From: Callorhinchus milii
Lineage: Eukaryota
Assembly: GCF_018977255.1 (NCBI RefSeq)
Contig: NW_024704743.1
Coordinates: 96,908,001 to 96,972,000 of the forward strand
Direction of reading: 5' to 3'
Length of the DNA stretch: 64,000 nt
The position numbers and the translations under genes are program-made. Each line of letters starts with the position of its first letter. Positions within the stretch are counted from its first letter, which is position 1. A model generated the notes under the pieces. The model saw only the letters and a list, made by a program, of their open reading frames with translations. It was not told the DNA's origin and made no database searches. Below are positions 54,201 to 64,000 of the stretch, one piece after another.

Positions 54201-56699
54201 TTGAGTAAGCAGAGTGGTAAGGGAGGGGGGAAGCATGTAATCAAATCTGTGTTGATCACGGTCTGTGGCAGGTCTTGCACGATTGATTACAGTTGCTTTT
54301 GTTCAGAATGAAGAACGCTATCAGTTTTGGGCACATCTTCTGTATGGGTAAGCTTCAGCAGCCCTCAATGGGTTTCCAGGGGTTTTGCCATGAAATGTGA
54401 CCACATGAAGCGACAGCGATAAATGGCAAAGGGGAGCACTGAGGCAGAGGAAAAGGCTATTAGCTGAAAAGTTATTGCCTCACATGCTGAGGATGTAGTC
54501 TAGGCAACTTTAATCACTTATTCAGCTTCTTCCAAACAGAATTGTTTCTCTTTGTTAAATTGCTGTTTTATAATCTTTTAAACGAGGACTGTTTTCAAAG
54601 AAGAAACCAAACCTATATATAATTACGATTGTTCAAAGCTCTTGGTTTCCCAGGTAATTACCGCACTTATAGGAAGCAGATGTGTTTGATGGGACCTTTT
54701 TATTATATGACCGACTGTGATAAAGGTTTGGTTCTTGTACTGGGCCAATTCATTTTTTTGGCTAACAAGTTCTCCTGATCTACATTTGGGACCAGGCCGG
54801 GGTGGAGGTCTGTGGAATTTTTGGAATAGGTGCTGGTTGGCTGATATCCTCATGCAATAGCTTCTCACTTGGTGACTAGTTTCAAATCGGAAGATGGAAA
54901 CATTCTCCTCTTAGGTAATTGTACGCATTAGGTAATATACATGGATTTTCCATTTTGCCCAGCTCGAGGGAAGAGAAAAAGTGAAGCACTGAAAGTACTT
55001 CTCTCCAACCCAAACTCTACTCACTCCCTCTCCCACATTCCGATTTTAGGGAACGACGCCCCAGCAAAGCTCATTGTCTCCAGGAGAGGCGGAGGGTAGA
55101 AAATTTGTGCAGCATGTTTCCTTTTTTGATTTTTTTTTCAAAAAAGTCAGTGCAATGTGGTAGATGTGTGAATTGTAATCAATCGTATAGCCAAAGACAT
55201 GTCAGATCTTGAATCAAACAATTTTAAAAAAAATCTAAGTGCATATATACTCTGCAAATGACCATAAGACGTAGGAGCAGGAGTAGACCATTCGGCCCCT
55301 CGAGCCTGCCCTGCCATTTAATAAGATCATGGCTGATCTTCTAACCTAATTCCATTTACCTGCCCTATCCCCATATCCCTTAATCCCTCTATCCTTTAGA
55401 AATCTATCAACCTCAGTCTTGAATGACTATTTGTGTCTTTGGAGAGATTGTGATGCAATTTTAAAACGATTACAACTTTATCCATTCAATTACTCTGAAC
55501 AGCATGAAAGAACTATAGGGTGTACCTGCCACATGTATAATGTAGCTAAAGGAGTGCGCCATGAGCCTGCCTGCCACTAATTGTGTTGTTTCTGGCCGAA
55601 TGATCAAATGATCAGGCAACATTTGTTGAAGATGTTAGATATATTTATCCTTTAGTTGATTTCAGCCCTGTGAATGTTTTGAGAGCGAGGTCGGTGACTT
55701 GCAGTTCCGACCGTATTGAAACCAGGGCAGTACAGTACGTTGTTCACTTGCTTCTTATATTCAAAGTAATTATTTTGAAAACATTCATTACTAAGCGCTG
55801 TGTAGAGTGGCCTGGATACTATTCAGAAGAATCATTTTATTATATGCATTAAATAATCCGTTGATCTTCCCTATTGATAACCATACAGTAATTAGTGCAA
55901 TATTAATAACTCTGTTTTGTAATTATTTTATAATTTGGTTCTGAATGTAGCTAATGGCCAGTATCAAAATCTGCTTATAATCCTTGCATTTGTATGTGTA
56001 AAGCACCATTCACGTAAAGTAACATTTTCAAGCTGTAAAACACAGGAACAGGGGATGTTAAACATCTTTCTGTTTGGGTGAATGTTAAAGATCTCATGGC
56101 AGTATTCAAAAAGAGACTATAGTTTCTCCGGGTGTCTGCGTTCGCCTGCAATACACAGTCACTTTGCTTTACAATAATTCCTATGAAGTGCTATGAGATG
56201 TCTTGACAATGTGATAAATCAAATGCTAAGTTTATTATTTAGTTGCAAGCTAAAGAGGGTATGTTGTTTTTTCTAACCACCTTATACTGATATAGTGAGG
56301 ACCAGCATCAGTAATGCTTGATGACAGTTATTTGAGTGATTTGACAGTTCTGGTTTGTGTCTTTAATCAGGAATAGAATTTGTACAGTAAAGTTAATACA
56401 CAGTAAAATGAATTAATTACTGTATGCATTAACTGCAGAAATAGCATTCAATGCATATTAAATTTGCTATAACCTGGTTTTGGATCAGACCCATATGCAA
56501 GTTCACATAAATTTCTTCACGCTTCATAACATCCGAGAATTTAAATTTTAACAAAAATGTATTGTCAGATCTAATTGTGGCTGAGACTTCAGCCCACTCG
56601 GTCCTTGCTTTCTGGAATGCTCCCAAAATCCCTTTGCCTTGCTCCGCCTCTCCTTGCTTTCAAAATCTCTTAATTCATCTCTTTGATTTATATTTTTGA

Positions 56700-57115
56700 T
56701 CAACACTCAGAGACTGCATACTCAGCCCAAAGTGTATCAGTCTGTGTCTTGCCTCTGTGTCAGAAGGCTGTGTTCAAGCCTCACGTTGTCACTTGGAATT
56801 ACATAGTCTAAACAGACACTCTAATGTAGTGCTGGGGTGTGTTGCATTGTCGGAGGTCCTGTCTGCCTGTTCAGGTGGATGTTAAAGATCCCATGGCACT
56901 GTTCGAATAGAGAAGGGAATTTCTCCTGGTGTCCGAGCGAACATATTCCCCAAATAAAACTTGGTCACTCACTCCCTTGGGACATTGCTATAAGCAAACT
57001 AGCTGCCAAGTTTCGCCCACAAAATACGCAATCCATTTTGCAGTGTATCCTGTGAAGCGCTTTGAGACATCTCAACGACATAAGCACTATATCAAATGCA
57101 AGGATTATTGTTACT
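56700..57115 (+). mobile_element. Old Deu-type SINE (SacSINE1-like); related fragments near 3160-3400+4094-4260, 5667-5790, 11670-11994, 17630-18035, 25150-25510, 29414-29810, 39318-39600, 51430-51695, 57450-57800
   Basis: Head tcttgcctctgtgtcagaaggctgtgttcaagcc, body gtctgcctgttcaggtggatgttaaagatcccatggcact, Deu-like core and tail tgtgaagcgctttgagac..atcaaatgcaaggattatt. Family name is from recollection; boundaries approximate. Confidence 0.7.
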
Positions 57116-58407
57116 GGACCCTATAATCTGTGTGAAGCATTTCGAGACGTTTATCCTCGTGAAAATTGTCCTCTGAACCTTCCAAATCTATAAGAAATCT
57201 GCCTTGAACTTTATTTGGGGAAATTGCTTCCAATTTTCTTTGAGCATGAGTTCCAAAATGCTGAAGTTCTGTGTAGTACGACTGATAATGTGTGTAATAT
57301 TCTGTAACTTAATGGCATTTTCTGATCACTCAATCTTTTGTTTTTTGACACCGTTCACTGTTTTTATGTGCCCTGTTTTTATTTGCCAACAAATGCTGGC
57401 TTGTGACTTCCAGTAACTCAGACTTCATTCTTTTTTGATATTTGTGTCAGCCTGGCTTAGTTAGTAGCATTCTCGTCTCCGAGTCAGAAACCTGTGTATT
57501 TAAGCCCCATTTTGGGACTTTGAGCTCATTCTAGGTTGACCTCCAATGCAGTGCTCAGGGAGTTCTACCATATCAAAAATTCTATACTTCAGATGATAAG
57601 CTAAACCAGGCTCCTGTCAAAAGAGTTTCTCCTTGTGTCCCGACCAGTGGTCCTCCAGATAAAATTGCCATACACTTGGTTGTTTGTGGGACTGTGTTGT
57701 GTGCAAATTGGCTGCTGTGTTATTCAATAAATACAATCGCTACACATGGTACAAACCTTGTGAAGTGCTTTGAAATGTTAGGTGATTGTATAAAATGCAG
57801 GATCAAATGCAAAAATTATTTTATTTTCTGCCAGTCGTGACATCCCAGTAGTTGATTACATGGTGAATGGTCTTGAGAAGTGGATCTTGAGAAAGCTAGA
57901 GAAAGAATGAAGAAATAGGCTTAAAAGATCTGCTGCAATCTGCAACAACAACAAATTGTATTCATATGCCTTTCGTATCAGGAAGATGCCCCATGGCACT
58001 GAAATATTAGCTGAATGGCCTTGGTCAGTTGATTCCATAGGTATCAATGGACAATGTTAACAAGACTTATTCATAATATGTAGGAGCAGGAGTAGGCCAT
58101 TCGGCCCTTCGAGCCTGCCCCGCCATTCAATCATGGCTGATCTTCTAATCTAACTCCAGCTAATAACCTGACCCTGCCTTGTCCCCATATCCCTTAATCC
58201 CTACTTAAAATATTCCTATTTCGTAAATTTTGTAAAGTTGTCTCTGTTCAACTTTCCTAATAACTATTGAGCAGTAAACTATTGCAGAAAGTTCTTGCAG
58301 ATATAAGATCGCGAAGATTCTTAATCTTCCGTAAAGTGAAAGCGTTCTTAAGGGGACTGAGAAACATTGGAATTTTGACAGTGGAATCCCTTGTTTTTGT
58401 CTTATAG

Positions 58408-58528
58408 AGGCAGTCTGTCTCGGCAACAAAATTGCCATGGTCTGAAGACTTGTACGTTGATGATGCTATTGAATCTGGAAATTGGCCGGTTGACGATGAT
58501 GATTATGATAGTTCTGGATCTGGCTCAG
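58408..58528 (+). CDS. SDC2: Syndecan-2 coding exon 2 (heparan-sulfate attachment region)
   Basis: Acceptor ttgtttttgtcttatag|, donor CAG|gtaagc; 121 nt (phase 0 to 1). Encodes RQSVSATKLPWSEDLYVDDAIESGNWPVDDDDYDSSGSGS(G), matching the SDC2 pattern D-x-Y...SG-x-x-P-x-DDDDY...SGSG. Confidence 0.95.
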
Positions 58529-58689
58529 GTAAGCTGCTGACACCACTTCACTGCCTGTTTCTATCACCCTCTTCACTGAATTTTCTAAGGTAATTCCAGA
58601 AAATTAAATGGGTTGACTCCATTCTCGGCATTCAGCAATTGACATTTTTTTTAAGGATATGGCTGGTGTGTTTTTGGCTTTATAAACTG

Positions 58690-59505
58690 AGTATGTGCAA
58701 AGTTAGGTAGGGTAGTAAATAGTGAGGAGGACTGTAACCAACTGCAAGCAGACATACACAGAATGGTGGAATGGGCTGACATGTGGCAGATGGATTTCAA
58801 TGTGGATAAGTGTGAGGTGATACACTTAGGTAGGAAAAATGATAGGAGGCAATATAGACTTGGTAGCTCAATCTTAAGGGGGGGTGAACGTACAGAGAGA
58901 TCTGGTTGTTCAAGTAAGCGAATCACTAAAGGTAGCGGAGCGGGTAGATAAGGCAGTAAAAAAGGCATTTGGTGTACTGAGCTTTTTTAGTAGGGGCATA
59001 GAGTATAAGAGTAGGGAGGTTATGGTTAATGTATACAAAACACTGGTTAGGCCTCAGCTGGAGCACTGCGTCCAGTTCTGGGCACCTTACTTCAGGAAGG
59101 ACATTAAGGCACTGGAAAGGGTGCAGAGGAGGTTCACGAGAATGATACCAGGAATGGGGAACCTTAGCTATGAGGACAGGCTGGAGAAGTTAGGACTTTC
59201 CCCATTAGAGCAGAGAAGGTTACGCGGGGACCTGATAGAGGTCTTCAAGATCATGAAGGGTTTCGACAGGTCAGATAGGGAAAAGCTGTTTCCGCTGGTA
59301 GATGTGTCTGTGACCTGTGGTCACAGTCTTAAGATATCTACCAAAAGAAGCAGAGGGGAGGTATCTGGGGAAGACGGGTTTGCAGGGTTATGGGGAGAAA
59401 GCTGGTGATTGGGGTTAGTGAAAGTGACTTGCTCTGTCAAAGAGCCGGCACAGACTCGATGGGCCGAATGGCCTCCTTCTGTGCCGTAACATTCTATGAA
59501 TCTAT
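58690..59505 (+). mobile_element. CR1 LINE ORF2 C-terminus and 3' tail, in SDC2 intron 2
   Basis: WADMWQMDFNVDKCEVIHLG, then YKTLVRPQLEHCVQFWAP...LEQRRLRGDLIEVFKIMKG; tail gggccgaatggcctccttctgtgccgtaacattctatgaatctatga. Confidence 0.95.
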
Positions 59506-61375
59506 GACCGGGGACACGTTACAGAAATCCAGTGTGCATTGTTATGCACTGGGCCTACAAAGATTTTCAACTTTGTTTCAGCAGTTTTGCACATGCATCC
59601 AGTTTTACAGAGGCAGCTTTCTGCAAAGAAACTGTGACCTTATGTGGAAACTTGAGCCCTGTAGAAATCCAGGAGTCAGCAGACACATTTGTGCCAGGTT
59701 TGACTTTTAAGTAATTCAGATATTAAACAATCCAAGATGGAAACAAGAGGGTGAGGTCATTGAACCTGGTCCAGCAGGTTATTAAACCAGGGCAGAGATT
59801 GAATCCTATTTTTTTCCTCGTCTCCTAGCCCATTGATACACTTAGTTTATGGTATCGATCAGTCTGCCCTTTAAACTTTCCAAATGAGTCTGCCTGCAAT
59901 GGCATGCGCAGTGTACACAAAGTCCAGTTGACGACCTGATAACCCAGAGACTAGTCATATTTTTAGTGTTCAGTGCACCGGCCAGTGTTTCAAAGTTAGC
60001 CGGCTGGCCTTCTGCCTGCACTTTGGATTTTTTTTTTGTAAGTAAATGTCAGAGTCTAAACTCCATTCATGTTCTAACGAGGTGTTAGAAGATCTACATT
60101 ATAATTGGGTTCTACTGTACAGGGAAAATTCTCGTGACAAAAATAACTGCTGTGTAAAGCCTTTCATTCAGGAGTAAACTATCAGTTAGAAAGGAAATAT
60201 GATGCTCAATGAAGATGAGCTTGTGGCAGAGGGGCACGATGCTGTTACACTGCACATGTATCCAGCTTTAAAAGTGGCTGCAGTGAACACACAGCCCCTT
60301 CACCTAATGGGTCTTTTTCCAATAGAAGCTGCGTCCCTAGTTCCGCCCACAAACTATACAATCAATTCACATTACAGTACATTCTGTAAGTCAATTTACT
60401 GTACAGTACATTCTCTTAAGCGTGGTGATGAGTTTCCGCACGTATCAGACGCCTGGCTGACCAACACAACTACATTCTGTGAAGCACTTTGAAATGTCTC
60501 AATCACGTGATCAGATCCTATATCAACAACAACTTGGATTTATATAGCGCCCTCCACACCGGACGGTGTTTCAGAGCGCTTAAATGCAACGATTATTATT
60601 ATCAGGTGAGCTAGGCAAGGGAGAGCCGTATGGCAGTGGAGCACAGCCCCTTTAGAGAAAAAAGTAGGTCTCAGGTTTTCAGCTGGTAGTTTGTAAAGTT
60701 CATTCTGAAGGGTAATCAGGAGAAGACGGGGATAACAGTCAAAATGTACAGGTACTTTCTGTGAATCATACAAAGAAAATAATGGCTACCTGAGTTACAA
60801 AGCCATAACCTTATTGAAGGATTCAGATGATATTTATTGTAAGTTGCAAGAGGAGAGATTGATGAGTTTATAGCCATAATCTGAGCTCTATTTTGCAATG
60901 AATAAAATAATTTTAAATAACTTAAATTTGGTATGGTGACTTTCACATTGAGGTTGTTCCAAAATGCTTTGCAGGGGGTAGTGACTGTTTTGTAATAGTG
61001 GAGTTAGTGAGAGGAGAAGGTGAAATCTCAGCCATCACCTAGGATTCAGATTTTTGACACCCATAGAAAAGAATGTGACTTTTGTTGTGCATTTGACTGC
61101 CACAAAATATAAATTCAACAACCAAAACACTTCTGTAAATAGAACAGTTGTCAACCTTGCTGACATGTGCCTATAATGGAAAGATCGCATTATAAGAGCG
61201 CGCTGCATCTCCAGGTTGGTTACTTTGGTGACCAGTGAAAATGTCAGTCAGATGTAAGCCTTCATAAAAGTAATGCATTTTCATCACATTGAAATACTTT
61301 TTTATGTGTATTATTTGTTACATACTTGTAATCCCCATATGCATTGAGATGAATCTTTTTTTCCCTTTCAACCAG

Positions 61376-61524
61376 GGAATTCTGCAATTGTACAAATGGC
61401 AACCTTTAATCCTCCACAAATGATTCCAGACATCCAAACGACTACCGCCACAACAAAATTGGTTATCGCAAGAGTGGAGCCAACCACGCAGAAAAAAATG
61501 GTCAGAAAACCTGTTCAAACCGAG
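61376..61524 (+). CDS. SDC2: Syndecan-2 coding exon 3 (Thr/Pro-rich ectodomain spacer)
   Basis: Strong acceptor tctttttttccctttcaaccag|; open frame in phase 1 giving (G)NSAIVQMATFNPPQMIPDIQTTTATTKLVIARVEPTTQKKMVRKPVQTE. Ends at GAG|gcaagt (GC donor, phase 0), which fits exon 4. The 3' boundary is less certain: an alternative ATG|gtcaga donor lies at 61500. Confidence 0.85.
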
Positions 61525-61553
61525 GCAAGTGAATATTTAAGTTTATAGATGTA

Positions 61554-62068
61554 CAGTAAAACTCGCATAAGTCTTAATTTTACAAATTGTATAATCGCCA
61601 AAGTTGTACATCGACCCAAGACCCATTCAGTTTCCTATCAAAACCACTTAGATTTCTTTGCACCAGTGAAATTAAGCACCTCCTAACTTGTAACGTTGCT
61701 CCCCTATCCTCCATTACTCCCGCACTTACCGGCTGCTTTGAATTGCGGGAAATGAATTCTTGACCAGTCGACGCATGCACACTTACTGGTCATCTGCTTT
61801 GAATCGTGGGAAACGTAGGCTTGATCCGTCTATGCATGCACAGAAGAACTTAATTTCCGTTATTCATTGCGATTCCAACGCTGGCCAGCAAGTGTGCATG
61901 CGGCAATAGGTTGAATCTTCTCACCTCCAGTGACAAAGTACTGCATCCACAATATAGATTGATTACATCAGATTTTATACGATTTATACAGTTTGCCTGC
62001 AACTCGGATTTTGTGTAAGTCATATTAAATGTTATGGGCCAAATGGATACGACTTGTGAGTTTTACTG
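61554..62068. mobile_element. Tc1/mariner (Tigger/pogo-like) MITE, 515 bp
   Basis: TIRs CAGTAAAACTCGCATAAGTC / GACTTGTGAGTTTTACTG with TA on both sides (61552-61553, 62069-62070); no coding capacity; internal inverted repeats. Confidence 0.85.
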
Positions 62069-62246
62069 TACTTTCAGATCTGCAATAAAATGGCTTTTTG
62101 TGAGCATTTTCTATATTTTGTGGTCTATATGGCTTTACAAACATCCGGCACTTTATCTACTGCCTCCCCAGTTTAAGGTTATTTTACTTATCCATTGGGA
62201 CCATACCATTTAATATCATTTACACAAAGTCCGAGTTGCAGGTACA

Positions 62247-62520
62247 GATTTAAAATAGCTGCCAAAAGAACCAGAGGGGAGGTGAAGAGAATTTCTTTTC
62301 ACACAACGAGTTGTTCGGATCTGGAATGCATTGCCTGAAAGGGTAGTGGAAGCTGATTCGATAACAACTTTCAAGAGAAAAGTTGATAGATATTTGGAGA
62401 GGACAGGTTTGTAGGGCTATGGGAGAGCGCGGGGGAATGGGATAATTAGGATAGCTTTTTCAAAGAGCTGGCACAGACACGATAAGCCGAATGGCCTCCT
62501 GTGCTGTACTATTCTTTATT
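62247..62520 (+). mobile_element. CR1 3' end; shorter CR1-type tails near 18500-18720, 22585, 36170-36335, 55262-55425, 58073-58205
   Basis: ttcacacaacgagttgttcggatctggaatgcattgcctga (FTQRVVRIWNALP) and tail gccgaatggcctcctgtgctgta. Confidence 0.85.
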
Positions 62521-62642
62521 CTTTTCTTCTCCCTTCTCTACCTCCCCTTCCCGCGACCCCCCAACACACACACAAATATGTTCACGTTTATGTTAGTGCA
62601 CACTGAGTTGGTAAAGGATTAATCAAGAGAGAGCATACGTTT

Positions 62643-62958
62643 AATAAAAATAATAATCCTTGCATTTGATATAGCGCTTTTCACGTCTTCTAGACGTCCC
62701 AAAGCGCTTCACAGAATATACTGTAAAGTGAATTGACTGTATATTTGTGGGCGAACGCAGCAGCCAATTGCGCACAGCAATGTCCCACAAACAGTCATGG
62801 ATTGAAACTGACCAATGTATTATTGTTTTGTTTTTTTGGAGGGATTATTATTAGGCGTGTGGAGTACGGAAACTTGCCCAAGGTTTCGCCCTGCCTGGAA
62901 TTGAACTCAGGTCTCTCACTTGCAAAGCGAGTGCTCTAACCACTGAGCTACAGGACTC
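62643..62958 (-). mobile_element. Young tRNA-derived SINE, same family, in SDC2 intron 3
   Basis: Same head, core and tail organisation; tail hairpin variant acgtctagaagacgt. Confidence 0.9.
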
Positions 62959-63107
62959 TTGTATCTTGTAACCTCCAACATGCTATTCCGTGGAATCCTG
63001 TAGCTCAGTGGTTGTGCCATGACAGCTGCATGCCCTTCACTAAGATGTTAAGGGTAGCTTTATAATCTAATTTGTTAATTTGTTCACCATTGCCATTTTC
63101 GGGACAG

Positions 63108-63255
63108 ATGACTGTGGACACCCCTATTCAAGATAAGCCAAAGAAAACGGATGATTTTGTTATTGAAAAACCAACTATCAATACTGATGATGATACTGAG
63201 GTCTCGGCAGAAAAACATTCAGAAAGCCTTTTCCAGAGAACAGAAGTTCTTGCAG
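63108..63255 (+). CDS. SDC2: Syndecan-2 coding exon 4 (juxtamembrane ectodomain)
   Basis: Acceptor ccattttcgggacag|, donor CAG|gtaaat; 148 nt. Encodes MTVDTPIQDKPKKTDDFVIEKPTINTDDDTEVSAEKHSESLFQRTEVLA; EKHSESLFQRTEVLA matches SDC2 EKHSDSLFKRTEVLA. The TM/cytoplasmic exon was not found in the remaining 745 nt. Confidence 0.96.
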
Positions 63256-64000
63256 GTAAATTAGATTTCTACCTTGTGTCATCCTTTCACGATTGAATAT
63301 TAAAACTACAAAAATACGGCTATTAAAGGTGATTACTAAATGAGTGAAGAATCAATCGTACGTTTAGACCACATTTTATTACAGTTTAGTTGATCAATCC
63401 TGAAAAGCAGTTTGAGCGCACCTAACTTAGTGTGTTCACGCATTGCAAGAGAACTTTTAGGGAGGGTTGTGAAAATGCAAGCAGCTCATTATGGACTCTG
63501 ATGGACTATCCAGGCTTCTGGTATGTTGACCTTTATGAACATGCTATAAGTATAGCAAAATTTAAAATGGGTCATGATCATCCATTAGCTTCTGTTTCAA
63601 AGTCCTTTAGCATTTTTATGTTGGCATATCCTCCATAGTGTTGCGATGAATGCTCTTAAGAATTTCAAGTATAATGATATTGTATTATGTAGTGGTTATG
63701 TGCATTTATGTTGCTGAGCAGTGCACAAAGAAAATAATCACTGGCATTAGCATATGAATGGGTCCATTCCAATTTTGATTTCAAGTGTAATCTTTGAATT
63801 TGATTGTGTTTGTTTAAATGCTGAGAAGTCATCAATACAAGCTTAAATAAAAATATTTCCAAGACTGCTTCAAATTTCACTTAATACTTCATTTTAACAA
63901 ACAGAAGTGCTCGTAATGTTTCCATTCAAGGTTTTGGTATTGTCAGTTTTGTGTAGTCTCTTTTTGTTCCTCAGAGAACTAAGCTGCTGTTACGAAGACA

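Larger units (their letters stand above)
7814..58407 (+). other. SDC2: SDC2 intron 1 (~50.6 kb, GT-AG)
   Basis: Bounded by the exon 1 donor and exon 2 acceptor; phases are compatible. Confidence 0.9.

Noticed and set aside
9893..62958. Antisense orientation bias of intronic SINEs
   Set aside because: Only three young copies; older copies occur on both strands.

Overview
Eukaryotic genomic DNA, almost certainly vertebrate. The repeat content (L2, CR1 and Deu-type tRNA SINEs) suggests a cartilaginous fish; that taxon call is inference. The window holds the CpG-island promoter and coding exons 1-4 of a + strand syndecan-2 (SDC2) gene: 7754-7813, 58408-58528, 61376-61524 and 63108-63255, 159 codons with compatible phases 0/1/0/1. 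Intron 1 is about 50.6 kb. The transmembrane/cytoplasmic exon lies beyond the window end. The rest is intronic or intergenic and rich in transposons: L2 and CR1 LINE fragments, tRNA-derived SINEs, a decayed near-full-length hAT (Buster/Charlie-type) transposon and a Tc1/mariner-type MITE. Best leads: (i) a possible hidden alternative N-terminus in intron 1 (ATG|GTAAGT donor at 30077 plus an in-frame 108-nt exon encoding a signal-peptide-like segment); (ii) three identically spaced TALE/NF-Y-like composite motifs in the promoter; (iii) a probable GC-AG intron 3 with strong fold-back potential; (iv) recurrent ~55-70 nt L2 'stem-loop-only' insertions whose hairpin covaries between copies and is shared with the SINE tails. 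No prokaryotic-type system or CRISPR array is present. None of the leads is proven without expression or alignment data.
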